Positions 18,742 through 29,100 of a stretch of 64,000 nucleotides of DNA are shown here, piece after piece. Below the pieces are notes generated by a model. It saw only the letters and a program-made list of their open reading frames with translations, was not told where the DNA came from and made no database searches. This DNA is from Caldisericia bacterium (lineage in GTDB: Bacteria; Caldisericota; Caldisericia; JAAYUI01). A program made the position numbers and the translations under genes. How positions within the stretch are numbered: the stretch's first letter is position 1; each line of letters opens with the position of its first letter. The DNA is taken from assembly GCA_040768585.1 (NCBI GenBank), contig JAXGMQ010000001.1:2059224-2123223 (forward strand), given 5' to 3'.

Positions 18742-18767
18742 ATATTCCTCCAGTTTCCTTGGTTAGA

Positions 18768-21700
18768 TTAGCTCTCAATCTCTTCGAGTTCTTCGTCAAT
18801 ATCTATCATCTCGACTTCAGGGACTTTAATGTCCTCATCGAGGGTGATTCTTTCATCCTCGAGATGTATCTTGAGTTTTGGTTCTTCCTCAGTTTTCTTT
18901 GTCTCTCTATCGATCATATGCAAGTCAATGCAAAGACCCTTGAGTTCCCTCTTGATAACCTTGAACGACTCAGGAGTGCCGGATTCGGGGATTGGTTTTC
19001 CTCTGCAAATAGCCTCGTAGGCTTTGATTCTGCCCTCTGTGTCGTCTGACTTGAGAGTGAGCATCTCTCTGAGAGTGTGGGCTGCACCATAGGCTTCGAG
19101 TGCCCAGACTTCCATCTCTCCGAGTCTCTGTCCGCCAAACTGCGCCTTACCACCGAGTGGTTGCTGTGTAATGAGGGCGTAGGGACCAGTTGACCTTGCG
19201 TGGATTTTGTCCTCGACAAGATGGTCAAGCTTGAGCATGTATGCGTATCCAAGAGTTACCTTCTGATGGAAGGGTTCTCCGGTATAACCGTCATAAAGCC
19301 TCATCTTGCCGTCGTTTGGCAGCCCTGCTTTGTCTAGAGCATCGACAACATCTTTTTCCTTTGCTCCAAAGAAAACTGGGGTAGCGAAGTAGACTCCGAG
19401 TCTCTTTGCTGCAAATCCAAGGTTTGTCTCATAAATCTGACCAATGTTCATACGAGATGGTACTCCAAGCGGAGAAAGAACGATGTCGATTGGATCTCCA
19501 TCCTCCATGTATGGCATGTCGTATCTTGGGAGAATCTTTGAGATAACGCCCTTGTTACCATGACGACCTGACATCTTGTCGCCGACTTGAATCTTCCTCT
19601 TTTGGGCGACATAGACCTTTGCCATCATGTTGACACCAACTGGAAGCTCATCAGATTTGTCGCGCTTGAAGAGCTTTGTTTTGATGACAACACCTGTCTC
19701 GCCGGGATTTAGTCTGAGTGAGGAATCTCTGACGTCTTGACCTTTACGGTCAAACATGGCTCTCCAGAGCTTCATCTCTGGGGTGAACTCAGACTCAGCC
19801 TTCGGAGTGACTTTACCAACAAGAATATCACCAGGGCCGACTTCTGTTCCGACCTTGATGATTCCATCTTCGTCGAGGTTACGAAGCAGCTCCTCAGACA
19901 CGTTTGGAATCTCTCTTGTCAGCTCCTCAGGGCCAACCTTGGTGTCTCTTACGTGCGCTGTTTTTTCCTTGATGTGGATGGAGGTGTAGGTGTCCTCATA
20001 AACAAGACGTTCGTTGATGACGATAGCGTCCTGATAGTTGTATCCCCTCCATGGGAGATAGGCAACAAGCACGTTCTGACCAATGGCAAGGTCACCCCTG
20101 TCACAAGCTTGCCCGTCAATGATGACATCGCCTGCTGAGACGAAATCACCCTTTCTAACGAGTGAACGCTGGTTGATGCAGATATCTTGGTTGGAGCGGA
20201 AGAACTTCTGGAGCTCGTATGTTGTTTCGTGAGAGACCTTGATGTCGTCGATTCCGAGGCTTGCGAGTTTCTTAAGAAGGTCGGTTGTGAGGTAGGAGCC
20301 TCTATAGGCTATCACATCCTCCCCTTCGGATATGTCCTGGGCGAGAATTCTTGATGACTGCATCAGCTTGCCATTGAAAACAAACACGTCATTCTCAAGA
20401 AGGCTCATGATGTCGACTACTCTGATTGTTTCAATATCAGCAGCGAGTAGGAGTCTCAGAATGTCCTCGGTAACAAAAGAGGAGTCAATCTTGTCGTAAA
20501 CACTCGATTCCTTTGGGTTTGGAAGAAGAATCTTGCCAAGGAAACTGCTCTTTTTTGCGCCAATGATAAGAGAGGAAACCGGAAGTGTTTCGATAGCGTC
20601 TTCAATGTGAACAGTAACTTCCTTGATGTTTGATGTGAAGAGCTTCTTCAATCCTGCTTCAGTTATCTTTTTCTCTGACGCGATGGCTGTTTTACCTTCA
20701 CTGTCAAGAGCCGGTTCGGCGAGTTTCATGCCAATGAGGTCGGTGTTCTTTTCGATACCGACATACTCAGCAAGATTGATTGTCTCTACATCATCACGCT
20801 TTATCGTTCTAACCTTGAAACAGTTGTTTTGAACTAGTTTTCTCGCGATCGAACCATCGATGAGCTCACCGATTTTCCCGACATTCTCAATGTCCTCTCC
20901 GAGGAACCTGTAAAGAATGTCTCTGTTGATTGCGCCGAGATTGTGAGAAACGGGAGATGCATCAAGTGATGCAATCTTGATTGTTCCAGCATCAACGTAC
21001 GAAACAACGCCAGACTCCTTTGCAAGAACGACAGAGCAGTTGTCAACAACAACCTGGTGTTCCATGCCGGTTCCAACTCTTGGTGCCTCTGGATTGATGA
21101 GGGGAACGGCCTGGTGCTGCATGTTGCAACCCATGAGGGCGCGTTTTGCTTCGTCGTGATCGAGGAATGGGATAAGTGTCGCTGACGCAGAGAAAACCTG
21201 GTTTGGCGAGATGTCGATGTAGTCGATCTCATCACCTTCGAATATGGCAATCTCTGACTTGTAACGACATACAGCCTCTCCAATAATCTTTCCGTCCTTG
21301 TCAAGCTCAGTGTTTGACTGAGCTATCTTGTAGTTTTCCTCATCATCAGCCGCGAGATAGTCAACCGTATCAGTGACTCTACTGTCCTCGACTTTCAGGT
21401 ATGGTGCTTTGATGAAGCCAAACTCGTCGACAATGGCATAGCTTGAAAGTGAGTTGATTAGTCCTACGTTTCCACCCTCTGGAGTTTCGATAGGGCAAAT
21501 TCTTGAGTAGTGTGAGTTGTGGACGTCACGGACATCGGCTCCAGCACGCTCCCTGTTGAGACCGCCTGGTCCAAGTGACGAGAGTCTTCGCTTGTGTGTG
21601 AGTTCCGCAACAGGATTTGTCTGGTTCATAAACTGTGAGAGTTGTCCGAGACCAAAGAATTCTCTGATCGAGGCGATGATTGGTCTGACATTGATGATGT

Positions 21701-22955
21701 TTTGAACCGTCAAATCCTCGTCTGGGAGGGTGATTATTTTCTCTCTGACAATCTTGAGCATCCTAAGGAAACCGATTCGAAGCTGGTTTTGTAGAAGCTC
21801 ACCAACTGACCTTACTCGCTTGTTGGCAAGATGGTCTTTGTTATCAGCTTCAACCTCACCGTGATAGAGCTTGTGAAGGTGTCTTAAAATTGCTCTGACG
21901 TCCTCAAGAGTCACAAGACTAGAGTCTAGGTTGAGTCCGAGTTTCTTGTTGATTTTGAATCTTCCGACGTCTGAGAGGTTGTTGCGTCTTGGGTCACGGA
22001 GAAGATTGTGGACGAGGTTCTCAGCGTTTTCTATTGTTGGTCTCTCGCCCGGTCTTATATGTTTGAATATATCAATAAGGGCTTCTTCGCGTGTCTTTGT
22101 TTTGTCTTTTTCGAGTGTGGCAACAATGAAGAACGCAATATCTTTGTCATGATAGGATATCTCATCAATATCAAGACGCTTGATTTCGTCGATGATGATG
22201 TCCGTCAGGATGGTACCCTCTGTGTAGAGGTCGTGTCCTGTGGTTGGATGGTAAACAGCATCAGCAAGTGATCTGCCGAGGGCTTTATCGATAGCGCCTT
22301 TCTCTGTGGCTCTTGCTGTTATGGTGATGTCTTCGTTGAAAAGCTCTCTGATTTCATCATCGGTCAGGTCACCCATAACTCGAAGTAGTTCAGTGACTGG
22401 AATCTTCTTTGATTTCTTGTCTATCTTAACATATGCGATTTCGTCTTCGCCAAGTTCAAACTCCAACCAAGACCCACTGTAAGGGATGACTGTTGCCATT
22501 GCTCTTGGTCTTGTTGTTGTGGTGAGATTCTCATACTCAAAGTAAACACCGGGTGAACGAACAAGCTGGGATACAACCACTCTCTCGACTCCGTTGACAA
22601 TGAAAGTGCCAGCAGTCGTCATTTGTGGAAGTTCTCCAGCGAAAAGCTCCTGTTCCTTTATTTCTCCAGTCTCTTTATTAATAAGTCTGACTGTGAGTTT
22701 AAGCGGGATTGTGTAGTTTAAACTTCTTGACTTACATTCCAATGGTGTATGAGCCGACTCTCCAAGGATGTAGTCAACAAATTCAACCTCTACTTTACCA
22801 GACTCCCTTAATGAACGATCCTGATTGAGCGACTCAATCAAAGACTTCAAACCATCTGTGAGGAATCGTTCATATGACTCTCTTTGCAACTTGATGAGGT
22901 TTGGAGGATTAACCGCTGGTCTCCTTTTCCCAAACCAAACCCGATCAATTCTCAT
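18768..22955 (-). CDS. rpoB: DNA-directed RNA polymerase subunit beta (rpoB).
   Basis: Conserved beta-subunit blocks, for example GGQRLGEMEVWALEAYGAAHTLREMLTLKSDD and SGRHGNKGVISKILP. 1395 aa, with lineage-specific insertions. Confidence 0.95.
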   Translation of the reverse strand: MRIDRVWFGKRRPAVNPPNLIKLQRESYERFLTDGLKSLIESLNQDRSLRESGKVEVEFVDYILGESAHTPLECKSRSLNYTIPLKLTVRLINKETGEIKEQELFAGELPQMTTAGTFIVNGVERVVVSQLVRSPGVYFEYENLTTTTRPRAMATVIPYSGSWLEFELGEDEIAYVKIDKKSKKIPVTELLRVMGDLTDDEIRELFNEDITITARATEKGAIDKALGRSLADAVYHPTTGHDLYTEGTILTDIIIDEIKRLDIDEISYHDKDIAFFIVATLEKDKTKTREEALIDIFKHIRPGERPTIENAENLVHNLLRDPRRNNLSDVGRFKINKKLGLNLDSSLVTLEDVRAILRHLHKLYHGEVEADNKDHLANKRVRSVGELLQNQLRIGFLRMLKIVREKIITLPDEDLTVQNIINVRPIIASIREFFGLGQLSQFMNQTNPVAELTHKRRLSSLGPGGLNRERAGADVRDVHNSHYSRICPIETPEGGNVGLINSLSSYAIVDEFGFIKAPYLKVEDSRVTDTVDYLAADDEENYKIAQSNTELDKDGKIIGEAVCRYKSEIAIFEGDEIDYIDISPNQVFSASATLIPFLDHDEAKRALMGCNMQHQAVPLINPEAPRVGTGMEHQVVVDNCSVVLAKESGVVSYVDAGTIKIASLDASPVSHNLGAINRDILYRFLGEDIENVGKIGELIDGSIARKLVQNNCFKVRTIKRDDVETINLAEYVGIEKNTDLIGMKLAEPALDSEGKTAIASEKKITEAGLKKLFTSNIKEVTVHIEDAIETLPVSSLIIGAKKSSFLGKILLPNPKESSVYDKIDSSFVTEDILRLLLAADIETIRVVDIMSLLENDVFVFNGKLMQSSRILAQDISEGEDVIAYRGSYLTTDLLKKLASLGIDDIKVSHETTYELQKFFRSNQDICINQRSLVRKGDFVSAGDVIIDGQACDRGDLAIGQNVLVAYLPWRGYNYQDAIVINERLVYEDTYTSIHIKEKTAHVRDTKVGPEELTREIPNVSEELLRNLDEDGIIKVGTEVGPGDILVGKVTPKAESEFTPEMKLWRAMFDRKGQDVRDSSLRLNPGETGVVIKTKLFKRDKSDELPVGVNMMAKVYVAQKRKIQVGDKMSGRHGNKGVISKILPRYDMPYMEDGDPIDIVLSPLGVPSRMNIGQIYETNLGFAAKRLGVYFATPVFFGAKEKDVVDALDKAGLPNDGKMRLYDGYTGEPFHQKVTLGYAYMLKLDHLVEDKIHARSTGPYALITQQPLGGKAQFGGQRLGEMEVWALEAYGAAHTLREMLTLKSDDTEGRIKAYEAICRGKPIPESGTPESFKVIKRELKGLCIDLHMIDRETKKTEEEPKLKIHLEDERITLDEDIKVPEVEMIDIDEELEEIES

Positions 22956-23014
22956 AAGGTTTCCTTCCTTACCCGTGCCAAGGGCATACGAATTGCTAGG
23001 GCCTTTATAGACAA

Positions 23015-23050
23015 ATTGATATACTAAATCTTGCGACCAGCCTTGTCAAC
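23015..23050 (-). promoter_or_regulatory. Candidate sigma70-type promoter for the rpoB operon.
   Basis: On the minus strand, TTGACA is followed by a 17-nt spacer and then TAGTAT, about 60–95 nt upstream of the rpoB ATG. Confidence 0.35.
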
Positions 23051-23112
23051 AACAATTTTGTTTAGCTTTCCAAATGGAAGCAAAATTTGGCAAGTTGCTC
23101 TCTAAATGGCTG

Positions 23113-23137
23113 CTATCCTGCATAGAGCAGGATAGCG
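23113..23137 (-). terminator. Perfect 10-bp inverted repeat downstream of the giant-protein gene. It is either that gene's terminator or an operator upstream of rpoB.
   Basis: GCTATCCTGC-ataga-GCAGGATAGC, about 40 nt past the stop of the 2712-aa ORF. There is no strong T-run. Confidence 0.35.
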
Positions 23138-23173
23138 TTGTATTGTATTATTCTATGGACTTGATACAAAAAA

Positions 23174-26100
23174 TCAAGGCAGCCATAAACGTGATAAAAC
23201 CAGCTCTCCAGTGATAGTGTTGTACTCCACTTCACAATCTAGAACCTGCAATAGAACCTCTGGTGACAGATAGAACATTCCACCCCTTAGGATGGGTGCA
23301 GTTGGTAACTCGACGGTCTGACCACCAGCAATGGCTGAGGTGCTTCCGGCTTCGAATGCATAAGTGTTTCCGAAGATTTCAAGCTCGCAAAGAGAAATAG
23401 TTTCCCTGATGGTATACGAAGCGTTGAAAATCAGCTGAAGTGCATCAACGGGAATTTCTTGCACATTCTCAAATACGGAGGTAAGGCTTCCAAGTGGATT
23501 ACCCTCTTCGTCAACAACCAGTTTCTCACCGACAACGAGCTTAGCCCATACCTGAGCGTACACAGGTACAGACAAGGTTTCCCTTGCGATATTGCCAGCG
23601 GGATCAACGGCTTCGATCAGAATTTCATTGTTGCCAGGGGTTAGTGAGATGTCGGCTGTCAGTTGGTCGTAGATGACTGTTGCCTTCTGACCATTTACAG
23701 TTGCCTGGCAGCCCGGCTCTATCCTGACTTTCAGTGTGTATTTCTGAGCCCCGATGAGCTCAGGAATCCTTGGCGGCATGATGGCAGGAGGGATAGTGTC
23801 GACAAAAACTGTGATATTTTTTGTCGTTGGTGGGACACCGTTGAGGGAAGAAATTATCTGCACGGAGTTCGAACCTTCTACAAGTGTGACCGTTGTTTTG
23901 AAATTGCCATCACTGTCCACTGCAACAGTGTTTCCGTTGACAGTGATTTTAGCTCCTGGAGTTGTTGTTCCTGATATGGTTGAGATTTTCTTGTTTGTCA
24001 CAGGCTCGAATTCATCAATCTCAAGCATTGGGGGCTGGGTTTGGACGCCTGGGCGAATCTCGCACTCACCTTCAACGTAACCCTCAGCTGTTGCCACAAT
24101 AAGGAGTGTTTCTGTGTTTTTTGGAGTAAGTTTGAAGCTTGCCTTGCCGTCAGCTTTTGTCACAGAATCAAGGTCAATCTCGTCACTTGTGATTCTGACC
24201 TTGGCATTCTCTATCAAAGCTCCCGTAGCGACATCGACAACCTTTATGACGATGTCGTTTTCAAGGTTTGTGACGATCTCTGCTGGTTCAACAAGAACCG
24301 GCATTATTCCGGGAGAAGAGTCAAGTGATGCAATCGGGAAAATTGAGTAGTTTCTTGGAGATGTTGCGATATTGAAGTCGTATGGGCTAACGTCAAGAAG
24401 CGTATTTTTGTTTTTGTATCCGAGGTAGATAACCTCTTTGCCGTGACCGTCAGGAGTGATTGTAATGTGTGTTATCGGAACCTCTGAATCCATCCAATTT
24501 ATGAATCCACCCTGTGAGAGTTCGTGGTGGTTCGAGCCGCTGGCTATGAGTGTCGCACCAGATGGCATTACAAGGTCACGGTCATCTGCAGGATGAAGCT
24601 CAGCCAGAACATAGTTGTTGCATCCATAAGCTAAGTCAAAGCTTGAGGGGTCGAAGAGTTCAGCGCTCAATGGTCTTCCTGTACGAGCTGATTTGAGAAC
24701 GATCTTGGGAGGGGCAATTTGGAGCATAGAGGAAGGCATTGCGTCCCAGTCCAGTTTGAATGTGCCATCGCGGCTTCCCATATCGGAACCACGGAGTGGT
24801 CCTGGCTCTGTAAAGAACTTGTACCTGGTGTAAACGAATCCTGGGTCTGTGTAGTATGGAAGTGGCGCACCGGCAACATCGCAGAAGTATCTGTCTGCCG
24901 TGTATGGGTTGCAACCTACAAGTCCACCAACCTTGCACACATCCTCAGCAAAGATTGTGAACTTGCACGAACCGAGTTCATCAAGCGCCAGGAAATCATC
25001 GTAATCGATGACGCCATCTATTTCTCTGTCGGCAAACAAGTAGACACCATCATACGGTTGGTTGTAGATACAACCTAAACCCCAGGCGGAGTCAGTAAAT
25101 GTGATGTCAGGCTCAATAAGCATCGAAGGGGTTTCAGAGAATGTTGAGTTCCTAAAGTAGACGTTTCTCGTGTTGTAGTAGACTGGGCTGTTATAGCGAA
25201 GCACTGTTGGAGCGCCATACTCATCGTCCCATGCCATGAATTCACGTCTCGATTTTGCGCCTTGGAAGGTGTAAATCTCTCCATTGCCGCGTTGAACGAT
25301 TCCATCACCGCTGTAGTCGAAGCCAACATGAACGTCGTAGTGTTCCTCACAGTCATAACATGGGAACCACTTTCGAGGCATTTGGTTAGCGGGGAGTGAG
25401 ATGAATGGAGTAAAGTGTGCTGGGAATGTCTCATATTCATTGCACATTCGTACCGACTGTGGAGGCTGTTTAATGAGCACTCCCTGTTTGTTTCGGCAGG
25501 TGACAGTTACATCATAAATCCTGTTGGAGCCTGCCGTAAGCAGGAAATCTGGCTCACCAGGGGAGGTGAACACCTTCTGCTCAGGGTCATCAATGTTGAC
25601 GACAGAATATTCGACATCAGGCAGTTCCACCTTAACCTTGGTCGTGCCCATACTTCTTCTGTCTGGAGTGTAGACCGTTAGGTCGAACTCCCCGGCGTCA
25701 TTGGCACAGAAACCCTTGAACATATAGAGTCCCTCATCAGCTCTTGAGAAGTCAATGTCAATCGGATCGAATGGCTTGTCTTCCCAATTACTGTAGAGGT
25801 AGAAGTTTTCGTAGTAGTCACCAGACTCGTTGTGAAGGTCGGTTCTAACCCAGTAGTACTGGGGTAGTCTGGCTCCTGGTCCGTAGAACTCCGCCTGGTC
25901 TGGGTGCCAGTCTCGGAATAAGTGTTGCTGAGCTCTCTCTGGCGGGACATCTCGGTCGCCAATAAGATCGATCACACCTTCCAAAAGATTGATTGGACTA
26001 CCATTGGCGTCCATCACCTTAATAGTCAGTGGCGCGGTTGGGTCAACGAGTTCGTTGACAATACCCGCTGTAAGGGGTTGAGGATACACCTCAATATTCA

Positions 26101-29100
26101 AAGAGTCCGCAGGCTGAACATTGACTCTCGCTTGGCCTGCCAAATAGACCTCATGGGTGTAGGCGGCGTCAAACCATTCAAACTGATAATAAGGGGCGAA
26201 TGAACGGTCGCTGTTGTCATCACCGTATTTGAATGCATCGACATAGACACCAGCTGTCTCATTGGCGGCTACGACGTGGTCACGTTCGATAATATGTTTA
26301 CTCATCCTGCCAATGTTGAATCCACCGATATCAATTCCAACATCGGTGATTTGGCAGTTTCCGTCGGCCGTGAGGTCGAAGTGATAAATGCCATTGTTCC
26401 TGTTTACCGTTCGACCATCGACCATACCACCAACCCAAGTATTGCTGGCGAGGTCGTAGGTACCAATTACCTCAATTTCCCAGTCCCCAAAACTCACCTT
26501 TCCATTGTCGTTGAAATCAAGGAACTCAGTATACATCGCAGCTCCTGTCCAAGAAGAGTCTCTGACTGGCATCGGAGGCATCAGCATCCTGGCATCACCT
26601 TGACCTATGTGCAGGGGTTCATCCATACCCTCAATCTGGAATGCAATTCCTCTGTCCTGCCAAATGAACAAAACAGCATTATTGCAAGCCATCTCAACTT
26701 GCATTGGGAGGTCTTCTGTTACCTGCACATCTAGATGGTGATCCTGATTAACGGCAAGTGTTTCAGGTAGTCCAGTTATTGTCAATCCATGAACCTGAAC
26801 GCCATAGGTGTTGTCCTTGTCGCAGCAATCCTGGAAATGCTTTATTGTGCCGTCTGAGAGTGTAACCTCAATCTGTATCTCTCCTGAACCAAGAGGAATG
26901 AGTTCATCAATCTTGATGACATTGTCTATACCGGTGTAATTGAGTCTATGGTTCCACATAAGGAAGCCGTTGTAATCATAGTCATCAAAGACCACTGTAT
27001 CTGGACCAAAACCTACCTCTCCAATGAAATCTTTGCCCTCATACTCGTACCACTTGTAGTTGGTGTTGTCTATAACAATCTCACCTGTGAAATCATATCC
27101 AAGTGGTGAGTTGATACGACCATCTACCGAGAATTTTGTTGTGACATAACCTTCGATTGGGTCTGTAATTGGGGGGGTTTTGAAGGGGCCGGTAACCTTG
27201 ATTTTCTGTATGTGGTACATCGAAGGGGTTGGGTTTGCTGCGGTGCCAGGGTTAAAGGTCAGGTGCCTTCCGTTCATATCTTTCAGAACAAAGTAGAATG
27301 CGTAGTCGGTGAGTGGGCCAAATTCGGTGCCAAGCTTCACGTAGTTGACTTTTTTCTGCGCCTTGTCAGCATCACGGTCTTTTCCAAGCGCTCTTGAAGA
27401 CTTGTTGTACCTTTGACCCCATTCTGACCAGATCGCAGGATAAGCAGAGAATCCGTGAAGCAGAGCTCTCAATCCCCTCATGCCATGTCCACCACTGCCA
27501 CCTGAGAACCTGAACACTCTTCCGATGTGTGTTTGACCGCCGGGATAGGCTCTAAATTCATCTTGTAGGTTGCGAAGTATTGGGTTGTATGGTAATTGGA
27601 TCTGTGGAGCAGGGAATGGCAGCGGGTTGGTCGCCATCTCACCGTTGGTGTAGTTCTGGTTGGAGAACTGTAGTCCTCTATCAACAATCTGGAGTTCAGA
27701 GAAATTGAGTCTTGCATCAACCTCAGGCACATCGACTGTAACATAGCCTGTATAGTCCATGGCGAGGTGGTTTTCCATGATGTACTCAGCGGGATGCGTA
27801 TCTCTAACGCTGTTGTAGTCCCACATGATATTAAAACTTGTGAGGCGAAGCTTCACTGGTTTTGGTTCAATTGGTTTGACAATGCCTAGAGCCCAGCCAC
27901 CAACGTCTGTTTCTGTGAATGTGCCTCTGCTTGTAATGTAGGTTGGCACACCCCATGACCAGATTTCGCCAAACGTTGAGCCGGTTTTTGGGTCAATCAT
28001 CTCACCATCAAAAATGCCCAGATGGTCGCCTTTTGTGACAACTCCCCACTTCATGAATCCATCGTCATTGAGTGAAGGTCTAGCAGCTCTTGCCGAATCG
28101 TCCATATCGTCAAGTGATGCCTGGGTAGAAACCTCAATTGGCATCTGTGTGCCGATTGGGTTCGGGGGGAAGAACGCGGGGTCGTCGCCGACAAAGTCTC
28201 CTGCATCAAGTGCCCCTGGCACATAACCGATATCGTTCCAATACCAAAACTTGTACGTCTTATTCTGGTTGTATTGGATGATATATCTCTGACCTGAACT
28301 GCCGATGGCGGTCGCCATCCATTTGACTCCTCCACCTATGGCATTGAAGAGCACGATTGTGTGCTGGTCACTGCCAAGAGCAAAGGGAATGCAGCAGGGA
28401 TCGTTTATGTCTGAAACATTGTCGCCATTATAAGCTTCGAGACTGATATTTGGGAATCTTTCCTCTAGCTGGTCAAGACAGAGTCTTGTTGATGCCATCT
28501 CCAGGTACTCGCATGTGACCGAATGGTAGGCTCTGTCCCAAGCATCATAGCTGTTGTGAATTGAGAGTGGGACTGTGGTAATTGGGACAGGTTTCGGGAC
28601 TGTTGTGGTAAGTTGCGGTGGATTCTTTAGGTTCGGTTCATTGTAATATTTTGTCAGATAGAACAAATCCTGATAGGCGCCGTCTGGGGGCTCGGGTAGA
28701 TCATTATAGTCACCAAACTCAGCATACGCGGTAATTGTGATTGGGTCATAGGTGCCATTAAGGTTGAGTGAACCTCTGTATGGGGTGATTTCAATCTCGG
28801 CCTCAGGTTTGTCCTTGGTCAGAACAAAATACTGCTCGTGGGGTGTTTTCCCCTGGCTAACCATGTTTGTGACTACAACGTGAATCTTGTTGTCATTCCT
28901 TGGCACTACAGCGGTTTTGACCGTGAGTTTCGAGGTTTGTTCTACTCTCAGGTATCTGTCAGCGTGGACGGTCAAACCTAAATTGCCAGGCAGTACTGGT
29001 ACATCAATTGCCATTGGATAACCGCAATTACCAGTTGAGACGCCGTGAAGTTCGTATTTGTGAACCCAAACACCAAGCTCATCGACAACGTCACCACAAT

